DNA of 60,443 bases from an uncultured Gemmatimonadota bacterium (lineage in GTDB: Bacteria > Gemmatimonadota > Gemmatimonadetes > Palauibacterales > KS3-K002): the NCBI GenBank assembly GCA_964347815.1, contig CAYGAJ010000001.1, positions 1 to 60,443 of the forward strand. The letters run 5' to 3'. Of this stretch, positions 34,288 through 44,091 are shown piece by piece; the stretch's first letter is position 1, and each line of letters opens with the position of its first letter. The position numbers were made by a program, and so were the translations under genes. The notes beneath the pieces were generated by a model. The model saw nothing but the letters and a program-made list of their open reading frames with translations. It had not been told where the DNA came from and searched no databases.

Positions 34288-36525
34288 ATGAGCACGTCGC
34301 AGATCGAGGGGCCGAGACAACGGACCCTGACTACGCTGCCGGGGGACGATGTCCGTCAGATCATGTGGCGGTTCAGAGCCCGCGCTGATCTGCAGCGGTT
34401 CATCCAGGCGGTGAGGTCGGTGGCCCGTGGGCCGGTGGCGCGATTGGTTGCCGCCGGTGGCCGCAACACTCACGAATGGACGCCCGAAAAGGCGGCACTG
34501 CTCGAGGCCTTCGACGCCGCGGGAATCAGCTCCGCGGTGCTCGATCCGGAGTACGGCGGCCTCCTGGACGGATCAACGAATCTGGCGCTGGCGCTGGCGG
34601 CGCTGGAGCTGGCCTGGGTGGATGCTGGGGCCGCCATCGGGGCCATGGCCGGCCATCTGAGCCTGGCGCCGATACGCGAGAAGGGGACGCCGGAGCAGCG
34701 AGAGTATTACATGAGTCGGGCGGCACCTCCCGAGCCGGGCGAGAAGCGCGAGGTCTGGCGGGGCGCGTTCGCGTTGACCGAACCGATCCCCTACGTGGGG
34801 GTCGACACCGGCGTGCTGGGCGGCCGGGTGACCGTGAAAGAGTGGAGCGACGGAGAAGAGCCGATCCTGCACGTCGAAAAGCGTGGCCGCTTCATCACCA
34901 ACATGGCCTTTGCCAACTTCGTGGCGGCAGCGGTGGACACGGCCGACGAACGCATCAAAACAAGCTGCATCATCGTTCTGGAAGAGACCGACCCGGGCAC
35001 GTTCGAGCGCGGTACACCCACCCGGAAGCTGGCCCATCAGCTGTCTTCGAATAGCGACCCGGTCTTCAGCCTCGATGTTCCGGCGAGCCGGATCGTCGGC
35101 GGCTATACGGTGGCCGACGGCGTGATCGTGCCGAACTTCACGCACTCGGAGGTGATCGAGGCGGTCTTCAAGCGCACCCGCGTGACCGTCGGTTTGATGA
35201 CATCGGCCAAGCTTCTCTCCGCGGTGGAGCCGATCATCCGCTACCAGCGCGGGCGCTTCCGTGATGGTACTGCGGCCGTCTCCCGCAGCCCGCGTCACGA
35301 ACTGGGCCTGCAAATGAAGGAGGACGCGCTGCACCGGCTGGTCGATGTGTGGGCCACCGGCGAAGCGAGCGCCTCGCTCGGCTTCGCGGCGGCACGTCTG
35401 TTCGACGAGTTCGATCCGTTGAGTCAGCGACGCGCTGAGATCTTCGCCGAGTACGAAATCCCGGAAGGGCGGCGGCGGGCGGCGCGCGCCCTGGCTGGCT
35501 GGACGGATCAGGCCGTCCAGTACCTGCGGCTGGAGGCAAAGCCCAGTTCGGAGCGCGATCACAATCGCTTCGAGGAGCTGAAACGGAACGAATTGGTTGC
35601 GTACCTGGTCAAGGACGCACTGGCCAGCGTGCTTTCTCCGGCGGTGAAGCTTTGGAACACCGGGCATGGCGCGAACATGATGCGGGAGGCGGTCAGCCTG
35701 ATGGGGGGCTACGGCATCACCGAGGACTGTCCCGGCTTCCTGCCGCAGAAATGGATGGACGCGCAACTCGAGGCGACCTACGAGGGGCCGGAAGCGGTCC
35801 AGCGTCGTCAGCTGAGCGTGACGATGACAGATCCGATCTTTCTGGCCGCGTTCGAGGGGTGGATCCGCGAGATGCGGCGCATCGCCGCGCGCCGCCCCGG
35901 CTCAGGCGCCTGCGCGCTGGCCTCGGCCATGGATCTTTGGGTCTGGACGCTTCGGCACCTGCTCGAGTCGCAGGACGCCGACGGCCAGCCGCTCTACAAA
36001 GGGCACCGACAGGGTGTCACCTTCGCCATGGCGGACGCTCTTTGCTGGCTGCTCGCCTCACGCTATCAGATCCTCGATTTGATCGAGCTGGAGACGGAGG
36101 GCGCGAAAAATCCGAGACTGGCGGAAGCACTTCCGGGGCTGGTTCTTTTCTTCACCGACCTCTCTCACGTGCAAGCGGCGGGGGCCGCGGGCGAGGTGGC
36201 GCGTCTTTGTTCGGGCCTGGTGTTCGGGTACAACCGCCACCCCTCGTGGAGCGAGCGAGGCGAGCGCGTCTACAGTCCGCGCGAGCTGACGGTGCTCGAG
36301 AGCGTGATGCCGGGCCTCTGCTCCTGCGCCGTCGACGCGCTCGACGAGGACGGCGAACTGCCGTCCAAGCGCGGCCCCTGCGTGCGCTTCGACGGGTACG
36401 AGCCCTTCAACCTGCGGCGCAACAAGCTGGACGGCTGCCTGACCGGCTACCGTCTGGCCAAGGACCGGGCGGCGCAGGCCCTGACCACGGTGATGATCCC
36501 CGAGGCCCTCGACTATCCGGCCTGA
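34288..36525 (+). CDS. Large acyl-CoA dehydrogenase-family protein (745 aa)
   Basis: GAAGGAG precedes the ATG. GAFALTEPIPYVGVD... and ...MGGYGITEDCPGFLPQKWMDAQLEATYEGPEAVQRRQL are typical of ACAD middle and C-terminal domains. Confidence 0.8.
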   Translation: MSTSQIEGPRQRTLTTLPGDDVRQIMWRFRARADLQRFIQAVRSVARGPVARLVAAGGRNTHEWTPEKAALLEAFDAAGISSAVLDPEYGGLLDGSTNLALALAALELAWVDAGAAIGAMAGHLSLAPIREKGTPEQREYYMSRAAPPEPGEKREVWRGAFALTEPIPYVGVDTGVLGGRVTVKEWSDGEEPILHVEKRGRFITNMAFANFVAAAVDTADERIKTSCIIVLEETDPGTFERGTPTRKLAHQLSSNSDPVFSLDVPASRIVGGYTVADGVIVPNFTHSEVIEAVFKRTRVTVGLMTSAKLLSAVEPIIRYQRGRFRDGTAAVSRSPRHELGLQMKEDALHRLVDVWATGEASASLGFAAARLFDEFDPLSQRRAEIFAEYEIPEGRRRAARALAGWTDQAVQYLRLEAKPSSERDHNRFEELKRNELVAYLVKDALASVLSPAVKLWNTGHGANMMREAVSLMGGYGITEDCPGFLPQKWMDAQLEATYEGPEAVQRRQLSVTMTDPIFLAAFEGWIREMRRIAARRPGSGACALASAMDLWVWTLRHLLESQDADGQPLYKGHRQGVTFAMADALCWLLASRYQILDLIELETEGAKNPRLAEALPGLVLFFTDLSHVQAAGAAGEVARLCSGLVFGYNRHPSWSERGERVYSPRELTVLESVMPGLCSCAVDALDEDGELPSKRGPCVRFDGYEPFNLRRNKLDGCLTGYRLAKDRAAQALTTVMIPEALDYPA

Positions 36526-36610
36526 CCCGCGACGGCTTTGCGCAGCCGAGGTGGCCACGCGAAATTAGTCGCCGTCGAAACGCTTGTCGCGCGCGATCAA
36601 GGAGATGACC

Positions 36611-36901
36611 ATGCAGGGCCCACCAATATTGCCGATCGATGTCACCGGTGTCGTTGCCGTGTTCATGGGGACGCTGATTGTTCTAATTCCCGTCGCGGGG
36701 ATAACGGTCCGCTTCGCCCTCAAGCCGATCGCCGAGGCGATCGCCAGGATCAAGGAGTCGCAGGGGGCCAGCCAGGAGATGTCGATCATGGCGCAGCGGC
36801 TCGACCTGTTGGAGCGCCAACTGTCGGGCGTCGAATCCGAGCTGCATCGCCTGCGCGAGGTGCAGGAGTTCCATGCTCAGCTGAAGGCGCCGAAGCAATG
36901 A
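36611..36901 (+). CDS. Small membrane protein with C-terminal coiled coil
   Basis: ATG 36611 lies 6 nt after GGAG (the ORF track uses TTG 36584). One TM helix (VTGVVAVFMGTLIVLIPVAGI), then a helical heptad region. The stop overlaps the next start (ATGA). Confidence 0.5.
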   Translation: MQGPPILPIDVTGVVAVFMGTLIVLIPVAGITVRFALKPIAEAIARIKESQGASQEMSIMAQRLDLLERQLSGVESELHRLREVQEFHAQLKAPKQ

Positions 36902-37200
36902 TCGTCGTTCAGAATCGGGTGCCGGTGGCGGAGGGCCAGGAGGAAGCGTTTCTGGACCGCTTCCGCACGCGCCGCGGGCTGGTGGATCAGCAGCCCGGCT
37001 TCATACGCAACATGGTGCTCCGGCCGATCAAGGGACGCACGTTCATCGTCCTCACGTTTTGGGAGAGCGACGAGCACTTCCGTGCCTGGACGCAGAGCGA
37101 GGCTTTCAAGGAGGCGCACAGCCGCGTTCCACCGAAGGAGATGTTCAAGGGTCACGCCGAACTCGAGATCCACGAGGTGACGCTCGACACCGGCAGCTGA
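36898..37200 (+). CDS. Antibiotic-biosynthesis-monooxygenase (ABM) domain protein
   Basis: MIVVQNRVPVAEGQEEAFLDRF...FIVLTFWESDEHFRAWTQSEAFKEAH is a ferredoxin-like ABM pattern. Confidence 0.8.
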   Translation: MIVVQNRVPVAEGQEEAFLDRFRTRRGLVDQQPGFIRNMVLRPIKGRTFIVLTFWESDEHFRAWTQSEAFKEAHSRVPPKEMFKGHAELEIHEVTLDTGS

Positions 37201-37238
37201 CCTGGGCGCGCTCTGACGCGGAGGTGCCGGCTGTAAGA

Positions 37239-37270
37239 AAGAGGGCGGCTGTTTCGTCAGCCGCCCTCTT
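37239..37270. terminator. Bidirectional intrinsic-terminator-like hairpin between convergent genes
   Basis: Perfect 13-bp stem AAGAGGGCGGCTG/CAGCCGCCCTCTT with loop TTTCGT. On the minus-strand transcript it is followed by UCUUAC. The + strand tail is not U-rich. Confidence 0.6.
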
Positions 37271-37289
37271 CGCTTGGCGGGCGATCGCC

Positions 37290-39629
37290 TCAACCGCGGA
37301 AGAGATACTGAAACTTCGCGAAGAACTGCCGGGACTGTTGAGCGAAATCGTCCGGGCGGTCGTAGTCTTGGAAGCCGTGAGTCGAGCCGATGTAGAAGAG
37401 CGTGAACGGGTTGATCTTGTAGGTCAGAAGTGGCTCGATCGACAACCCTTCCGAGAACTTGTTGTACTGGACGATCAGCCGGAGAAACAGTTCGCGGTTG
37501 AACTGAAAGGCGGTTCGCGTCCGCAGGATGAACCCCTCGAACAGTTCGTTTCCGGCCGGGTCGCTGAGTTGCGAGTATTGCAGCGATGGCTCAACGACCA
37601 GCCGGGTCTGCGGTTTCAGCGTGAGCCAGGCCTCGGCGTTCGTCCCTTTGCCCCTGACCGGTGGATCGTTGAAACGCGCGACTTGCCAGCCGTGAGAGAC
37701 CCAGAAGCCGGGCCGGATGAACTCGAGGGCGTTGGTCCTCGCGAATAGGAACACGCTGTACAGATCGGTGAACTCGATTCCGGCGAAGCGCTCGCGCTCC
37801 CACTGATACTCGATGTCAATGTAGGAGTCGCCCTTGAGGCTGAACTCGAGCGAGGGTGCGATGAAGTCGTTCTTGCGAACGCCGTCGAAGTTCCAGCTCC
37901 GCTGCATGTAGATGTTCGGGAGTATGCGGTCGAGCAGCTTGGTGTCCATATAGAAGAACAGCCCCTGCCACATCGAGACACGCCGGTAATCGTTTCGGAA
38001 TTCGAACCCGTTATCGGCGCGGAACGTGGGGCTTGAGGCCCAGTAGTCGAAGTCGAAGCCCCAGACACGGGCGTTCCGCTCGAGGCTCGCGTACATTGCG
38101 TGCCCCCAGAACGACTCGCCGTCGAAGGCGGCCGTGTGCTTGCCGCGGTCGAAGGTCAGTCCGTTCACACCCTCCGTCAGGCGCGGGTCGTCCGGCTCCT
38201 GCGTGTGGCTGGCCAGCGCCTGGAACTCGATGCTGTACTTTTCGAGGAAGCGGAGACGCCCGTCGATGCCGGCGGTCGATCCTGAGCCGCCGCTGTGCTG
38301 CATACGCCGGTCGGTCGCGATCGCGCCCACGTACGACTGGCGGAGGAACGTCTTCCTGACACGCGCGACGTTGGTGATGCTCGTGCCCGCCTGACCCACG
38401 AAGCTCTGCTCCTCGAACGGCAGGATCAGCGGTGAGTTCTCATCCACCGCTCCCAGATAGGCGAAGCTGGCTCGCCCGAGACGCCCGATGAACTTGCCGG
38501 CCACCTGCGGGTCGTTGATCTGTCGCGTGTACAGGATGTTGAAGTAGCTATCGAACAGGTCGCTGCCTTCGAGGAAGAATGGCCGCCGTTCGGGAAAGAA
38601 GAGCGCGAAGGTCGTGTTGACGTCGATCTGGGCCACGTCCGACTCCACCTGGCTGAAGTCGGGGTTCAGCGTCGCCTCGGCCGTCAGACCCGACGAGAAC
38701 GGATAGCGTACGCTGAGCGCCACCTCGCCGTCGAGACCGCTGTTATGCAGCCCGGAAGTGGGATCTTCGTTGTCTCGCAGTTCAGCCGATTGATTGGCGA
38801 TGACGGCGGGAAGCAGCTCCAAAGCCCCGCCGGGCTTCACGTCGCGGATGCCCGTGAGCGTACCGAATTGGCAGAGGAAGCAGGGATCGTCCCGGTTCAT
38901 CGCGGCCCAAGTGTGCTGGGCCCGACTGGCTCGCGGACGGGTGCGCCAGAACGTCGCACGCCAGGACTGAGTGTCGCGGTTCGGGAAGCGCAAGCTCTTG
39001 AACGGGATGGCCATCTCGATCTGATAACCGTGATCGGTAATCTTGGCCTCAGCAAAGAAGACGATATCGAAGCCGTCATCCTCGCCGCCTATGCTCGAGA
39101 AGCGCGAGTCACCCTGGACACCCAGCGGGTTGGCGAACAAGAAATAAGCCCACGACGCGTCACCGTAGGTATCGAGCAGGATGCCGAAGTAGTCGTCGCT
39201 CCACATCTCGTCCCGGTCGCGGAGCGATGCGCGGATGGTCTTGGGATCGTCGTACGCAATGAACGCGAGGTAAAGGCTCTCGTGGTCGTAAGTGACCCAC
39301 ACCTCGCTCTCCACGGCCGGCCGGGCTTTCTCACGCGGCCAGTTTTCCGAGAAGTTATCGGCGCGGGCGGCGCCGACCCACCCGGGATCGTCGAGCTCGC
39401 CGTCCAGCTCGATCGGTCCGGGTGCGCGACTCACAACGAGCGTCGGTTTCTCGTTCGGTCGAAACTCTTCTTCGCTGCTCTCTGGGGTCTGCGGGCGCGG
39501 GGTCTGAGCCAGAAGGCGGTCCGTCTCGGCAGCGGCGGCGAGAATCGTTTGCGTTATGAAGAGCAGGGCAGGGAGCGACCATCTTATGGCGGTGCGATGA
39601 GGCCGCCAAATGGAAGGCGCGTACCGCAT
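37290..39629 (-). CDS. Outer-membrane/secreted protein, CBM9-like N-terminal domain plus DUF5916-like beta-rich region (779 aa)
   Basis: Signal peptide (LPALLFITQTILAAAAE). IELDGELDDPGWVGAARADNF is recalled as CBM9/DOMON-like. Long alternating beta-strand-type C-terminus. Confidence 0.7.
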   Translation of the reverse strand: MRYAPSIWRPHRTAIRWSLPALLFITQTILAAAAETDRLLAQTPRPQTPESSEEEFRPNEKPTLVVSRAPGPIELDGELDDPGWVGAARADNFSENWPREKARPAVESEVWVTYDHESLYLAFIAYDDPKTIRASLRDRDEMWSDDYFGILLDTYGDASWAYFLFANPLGVQGDSRFSSIGGEDDGFDIVFFAEAKITDHGYQIEMAIPFKSLRFPNRDTQSWRATFWRTRPRASRAQHTWAAMNRDDPCFLCQFGTLTGIRDVKPGGALELLPAVIANQSAELRDNEDPTSGLHNSGLDGEVALSVRYPFSSGLTAEATLNPDFSQVESDVAQIDVNTTFALFFPERRPFFLEGSDLFDSYFNILYTRQINDPQVAGKFIGRLGRASFAYLGAVDENSPLILPFEEQSFVGQAGTSITNVARVRKTFLRQSYVGAIATDRRMQHSGGSGSTAGIDGRLRFLEKYSIEFQALASHTQEPDDPRLTEGVNGLTFDRGKHTAAFDGESFWGHAMYASLERNARVWGFDFDYWASSPTFRADNGFEFRNDYRRVSMWQGLFFYMDTKLLDRILPNIYMQRSWNFDGVRKNDFIAPSLEFSLKGDSYIDIEYQWERERFAGIEFTDLYSVFLFARTNALEFIRPGFWVSHGWQVARFNDPPVRGKGTNAEAWLTLKPQTRLVVEPSLQYSQLSDPAGNELFEGFILRTRTAFQFNRELFLRLIVQYNKFSEGLSIEPLLTYKINPFTLFYIGSTHGFQDYDRPDDFAQQSRQFFAKFQYLFRG

Positions 39630-39895
39630 GCGGTTTCTCCTGGGGCTGAGACTGAGGTCCGTCGCTTCAGCCCTTTAGATCGCCTCGCCCGGTATAAGGT
39701 TGCGCCCAAACCTTTATATCGGGTCACGTCTCTGATCTTCCGTACGCGAAGCCGACAGCGCGAGGTTTCAAATGGCGGTGTGAAGCAGGCGGTTCAGAGG
39801 GTTGGGGTGCCGGGCGACGGGTGAGGTTGGCTGGTGGTGTGGGCGTCGTGCGGCCCGAAGACGGGTTGACGCGCCGGCGGCGGCCGGCTGTGATC

Positions 39896-40237
39896 TCAGC
39901 GCAGGGAAGGCTCGACCGGCGGCTTCAGAACGACAGCCTTACGCCGTACCAATAGACCGCAGGCCTCCAGAAGACTCAGCCGCAGCGACGGATCGGCTTG
40001 ATCGAGGTTGTCGGAGGCCGCCAGGATCGCGTTCACCAGGTCGGGAGCGAGGTGCAAGCCTTCCGTCTTCGGCGCGGAAGCCGAAGCGCTCGTGCGGTGC
40101 GCCCGTGCTGCCTCTCGCGCGACGGCCGAAAGCGGACAGTCGGGGTCGGAGACCGTCCCGCGGCGTATTCTCCCCGACGCCAAACGCCAATCCCGCGGCG
40201 TACGTGTCAACAGCTCCAGAAACTCTTCTCGGCTCAT
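39896..40237 (-). CDS. Hypothetical protein (113 aa)
   Basis: ORF only; no recognisable domain. Confidence 0.3.
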   Translation of the reverse strand: MSREEFLELLTRTPRDWRLASGRIRRGTVSDPDCPLSAVAREAARAHRTSASASAPKTEGLHLAPDLVNAILAASDNLDQADPSLRLSLLEACGLLVRRKAVVLKPPVEPSLR

Positions 40238-40262
40238 CGTTACGACGGCGGTTAATGAGCGG

Positions 40263-40457
40263 TTAATGATAGGCGGAGTTCTGGGCCGTCGGCCGCTCGG
40301 CGCCGTCGTCCCGCAGCAGATAGCGTGTCTCCACCTCCGTCCAGCGCACCCGGCGCTGACAGTGGTGACACAGCACCCAGTCCTTTCCGAAGCCGGGCCA
40401 CACGCAGTCGCTCACCTCGTGGCAGTGCGGACAGAACATCAGTCGATCTTGGGTCAT
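40263..40457 (-). CDS. Small zinc-ribbon-like protein (64 aa)
   Basis: ATG at 40457. CPHC...CHHC arrangement (MTQDRLMFCPHCHEVSDCVWPGFGKDWVLCHHCQRR). Confidence 0.4.
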   Translation of the reverse strand: MTQDRLMFCPHCHEVSDCVWPGFGKDWVLCHHCQRRVRWTEVETRYLLRDDGAERPTAQNSAYH

Positions 40458-40626
40458 CGTCGCTCTCACAAGCAGCGGACCGGGGGGGTGCCGACTGCGG
40501 TGGGGTAGATGTGCACAGGCCGTACCAGGCCGGCACCGCTGACATCGAGAGCGGTAATCTGTTGTGGATGCTTGACTTATGAAGCTAAGCCCCGACCGGC
40601 TCCGCCGCGCCCGATCCACCGGGATG

Positions 40627-41292
40627 TTACGATACGGTAACGGAGCCGGGAACGTTACGGCTGAACGTAGCCCCCACGGGCGTTTCGCGGACCTGCGCTG
40701 GCGGAGGCGAGGGTGCAGGGAGGGACAACGAGTCGGTCAAGATGGCCGAATGGCGTGATCGTGCGCCTTCCACCCTTAGAACCGTGGCGTCCTCGCCGAA
40801 CCGCTGGCCGGCGGCCCGAAGGAACGACTCGATAGTGGCGTAGTGACCGAAAACGAATCGAGCCATGAACCGAAAGAACGCGTTGTGGACCACGCCGTCC
40901 TCGGTGAGGGTGAGGGTCGAGCCGCCGGCGGACTCGGAGATCTCGAACGTCCAGGTACCACCGAAGGGGAGGTCCTCGTCGGCGATCCGGGTGACGAGCC
41001 GGCGCGGAGGCTGCGACTCCACGACTTCGATCGGCATGGTTTGCCCGCGCCGATCCCGCTGATTCCACGTTTCGCGGTCGCCGACGTCGGCGCGCTCCAC
41101 GGCTTCGATCTCGTCCCACCAGTCGGCAGAGCCGCCCCGGTCGCGGATGACGTTCCATACCGAGTCCGCAGGCTGGCCGAGGGCGATCGATGCGCTGGCC
41201 TTGTGGTTCTGAGGAAGCAGGGCGCCGACGAGCACGACGAAGAGGACAAGCCCGACCAGCACGCCGAGAACGGCGAGGATCCACTTCGGCAT
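40627..41292 (-). CDS. SRPBCC-superfamily (START/polyketide-cyclase-like) protein with N-terminal TM anchor
   Basis: TM helix ILAVLGVLVGLVLFVVLVGAL, then ...VWNVIRD...WW...RRLVTRI....GGTWTFEI...GGSTLTLTEDG, typical of SRPBCC. Confidence 0.75.
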   Translation of the reverse strand: MPKWILAVLGVLVGLVLFVVLVGALLPQNHKASASIALGQPADSVWNVIRDRGGSADWWDEIEAVERADVGDRETWNQRDRRGQTMPIEVVESQPPRRLVTRIADEDLPFGGTWTFEISESAGGSTLTLTEDGVVHNAFFRFMARFVFGHYATIESFLRAAGQRFGEDATVLRVEGARSRHSAILTDSLSLPAPSPPPAQVRETPVGATFSRNVPGSVTVS

Positions 41293-41311
41293 GCCTCCTC
41301 CTTTTCTCGTC

Positions 41312-42244
41312 TCAACCGCGCACGAGATTTCGGACGAGGAACATCACGTTGGCGGGCCGCTCCGCGAGCCGCCGCATGAACCAGGGAAACCAGGACTGGC
41401 CGTAGCTGATCAGAACACGCATCGCATACCCGTCTTCGGCGAGGCGAAGCTGAGCCTCTCGCCGAATGCCGTAGAGCATCTGGAACTCGTAAGCCTCTCT
41501 GGGCAGCCCGATCGCTTCGGCACGACGGCAAACGGCTGCGATCATCCGAGGGTCGTGGGTTCCGAAGATGGCCCGCGTTCCGTTGGCCCGGGAAGCTTGC
41601 TCGATCAAGACATCGGCGAGGCGGAGGAAGCTGGCATCCACATCCTTCTTTCGCCGGTAGGCCACGTTGTGCGGCTCGTTGTATGCGCCTTTGACCAGCC
41701 GGATGACAGGTGCGAGTTGCAAAAGCGTGGCGAGGTCGGCAGCCGTCCGGTGCAGATAGGCCTGGAGACAGAGCGCCACATTGTCGTGATCGGCTCTCAG
41801 GCGCCTGTAAAGCTCGATCGTTCGGTCGACATAGGAGCTATCCTCCATATCGATGGCGACAAACCGGCCGAGCCCTGCGGCGCGGGAGATGATCGTTTGA
41901 TAACGGCAAAGGGTTTGGTCGAAGTCGAGATCAAGGCCGAGCTGTGTGGGCTTGATCGAGATGTCGGTGTCGAGCGACAGCTCGCTTACGCGGTTGAGCA
42001 CGTCCAGGTAATGCTGGGTCACGCTATCGGCCTCTGCGCTGTGCGTGATGTTTTCGCCCAGCAGGGTCAGGATCGTGCCGATCCCTTTGGGCCGCAGCGA
42101 CTCGCTCGCGTCGATGGCAGACGCCGCGTCCTCGCCCGGCATGAACCGCTCGACTGCGTGGCGCGTGAACCGACGACGCGTGAGCTGGCTGGCAAGCCAC
42201 TCGCTCCGCGATCCTCGCAGCAGGATCTCCCGGGCGATCCCCAT
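41312..42244 (-). CDS. Proline dehydrogenase (monofunctional PRODH family)
   Basis: FMPGEDAASAI...GIGTILTLLGEN...ISIKPTQLGL...VAIDMEDS...LVKGAY..., a TIM-barrel PRODH pattern. Confidence 0.85.
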   Translation of the reverse strand: MGIAREILLRGSRSEWLASQLTRRRFTRHAVERFMPGEDAASAIDASESLRPKGIGTILTLLGENITHSAEADSVTQHYLDVLNRVSELSLDTDISIKPTQLGLDLDFDQTLCRYQTIISRAAGLGRFVAIDMEDSSYVDRTIELYRRLRADHDNVALCLQAYLHRTAADLATLLQLAPVIRLVKGAYNEPHNVAYRRKKDVDASFLRLADVLIEQASRANGTRAIFGTHDPRMIAAVCRRAEAIGLPREAYEFQMLYGIRREAQLRLAEDGYAMRVLISYGQSWFPWFMRRLAERPANVMFLVRNLVRG

Positions 42245-42387
42245 GCGATGCCTCCCGCTCTATCCGATGATCAGTGTTTTACGTGGCCGCGTCGCGCCGG
42301 CGGTCGTGTCGGAAAGATCGCCAGCGCTGTGCCGGACGTCGTGAAGCTAGCGGCCGAGGCCGTCGCCAGCCAGCGCCGTGAGCCGGT

Positions 42388-43818
42388 TCAGCCACGTTCG
42401 ATCGGATGACCCTCGATCACCCATGAGCGGATTCCGCCCTTGAGATTGGCCACGCGTTCGTAGCCGTGTGCCTTGAGCAGGCTCGCTCCGATGGCGGAGC
42501 GCCAACCGGTCTGGCAGTGGAGTACGACGTCTCGGTCCCTCGGGATCTGGTCCAGGCGGTCGGTGAGATACCCGAGCGGCACGTTGGGCACGTCGGGAAG
42601 GTGGGCGGCTTCCCACTCCGGCAGGCTGCGGACATCCACCACCGCCACCCGGCCGTTCTCCAGCATCTTGGCCAGCTGCTGGGACGTGATCTCGCTGGTG
42701 GTCGCCAGTCGCCGGCCGGCCTCGGCCCAGGCGTTGACGGCGCCGCCACCGAAGTACCCGGCGATGCGGTCGAGCCCGATCACCCGCAGGTCACCCGCCG
42801 CCTCGTCGATCATGTGGGGGTCCGTGTCTTCGTCGACGATCAGATAGAAATCGCGGTCGAACGGTATGAGCCAACCGGCCCAGGTCGGGAACGTCCGGTC
42901 CAGCGGGATGTTGATTGTGCCGGGCACGTGACCTTCGGCATAGTCGCCGATGTGACGCGTGTCGACGACGAACGCACCGTCCGCGAGAAGATCGGGAAGC
43001 CGCGACTCCGGCAATCGCTCCGGTCGCCTAAAGCCCGCGATCACCGGTGGGCCCGCTTTGTTGATGCGCTTCATCTCAGCGAAGTACTTGGGCGGATCGG
43101 GTTGGCCGGCGAGCACCGCCTCGACGAAGTCGTCCGCGTTCGCGGCCCTGAAAGCCCAGTTGAACATCCGCTCGTAGCCGAGGGTGGACTGAGGAACCGC
43201 GCCCAGCGCCTTGCCGCACGCCGAGCCCGCTCCGTGCCCCGGCCAGAGCTGCAGGTAGTCGGGCATATCCTTGAAGCGCTGGATCGACTCGTAAAGCTGC
43301 CGCGCCGCTTCCTCCATCGTTCCCTCGATCCGCGCGGCTCGCTCCAGCAGGTCGGGGCGGCCGACGTCGCCGACAAACACAAAGTCGCCCGTAAACACTC
43401 CCATCGGACGGTCGGCGGCGGCGGTGTCGGTGATCACGAAGCAGATGTGCTCTGGCGTGTGTCCCGGCGTGTGCAGGATCTCGACCCGCACGTTGCCGAC
43501 CATGAAGGCATCACCGTCATGGAGCAGGGTGGCCCCTTCCTCGGCAGCGAACTCGTATTTCCAGTCAGCGCTTCCGTCGTCGGACAGGAGAAGCCGCCCG
43601 CCACTGCAGCGAGCCAGCTCCCGGGCGCCGGAAACGAAGTCGGCGTGGATGTGCGTCTCGGTGATGTGAGTGATTCGCAGCCCCTCCTGCTCCGCCGCTC
43701 TCACGTAGGCGTCCACCCGGCGATTGGGATCGACCACCATCGCTTCGCCTGTGGCGGAGCAGCCGACCAGGTAAGACGCTTGAGCCAGCTTGTCGTCGTA
43801 AAACCGCCTGAGCAGCAT
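42388..43818 (-). CDS. MBL-fold hydrolase (persulfide-dioxygenase-like) fused to two rhodanese domains
   Basis: ITETHIHADFVSG metal motif at the N-terminus. C-terminal rhodanese active-site loop HCQTGWRS. Confidence 0.9.
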   Translation of the reverse strand: MLLRRFYDDKLAQASYLVGCSATGEAMVVDPNRRVDAYVRAAEQEGLRITHITETHIHADFVSGARELARCSGGRLLLSDDGSADWKYEFAAEEGATLLHDGDAFMVGNVRVEILHTPGHTPEHICFVITDTAAADRPMGVFTGDFVFVGDVGRPDLLERAARIEGTMEEAARQLYESIQRFKDMPDYLQLWPGHGAGSACGKALGAVPQSTLGYERMFNWAFRAANADDFVEAVLAGQPDPPKYFAEMKRINKAGPPVIAGFRRPERLPESRLPDLLADGAFVVDTRHIGDYAEGHVPGTINIPLDRTFPTWAGWLIPFDRDFYLIVDEDTDPHMIDEAAGDLRVIGLDRIAGYFGGGAVNAWAEAGRRLATTSEITSQQLAKMLENGRVAVVDVRSLPEWEAAHLPDVPNVPLGYLTDRLDQIPRDRDVVLHCQTGWRSAIGASLLKAHGYERVANLKGGIRSWVIEGHPIERG

Positions 43819-44049
43819 CGTCGCCTCCCAAACAAGCGCTAGCTTCGCTGTTCGTCACGCGAACTGTTCGGCGAGCCGGGCGACCGCGCCCAGGGCGGGC
43901 CGCCAAATTCCGGATTGAGTCTAATCGGACGCGTTATCGCCGCCACTCCAAGATAACACGTGGGCTTCGGGCCGGCGCTGGGCGCTTTGCGCTGCCGCCG
44001 ATCGCTCGACGGGACCATGGGGCCGAGGCGAGGACGGAGCTGTTGAGGC

Positions 44050-44079
44050 TTGACGGCTGTCGTGCGTTTGTGCTACACT
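44050..44079 (+). promoter_or_regulatory. Sigma70-type promoter candidate for the first CarH/LitR-like gene
   Basis: TTGACG (44050-44055), 18-nt spacer, TACACT (44074-44079). The ATG at 44092 is 12 nt downstream, giving a very short leader. Confidence 0.4.
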
Positions 44080-44091
44080 TCGGTTCGACAA

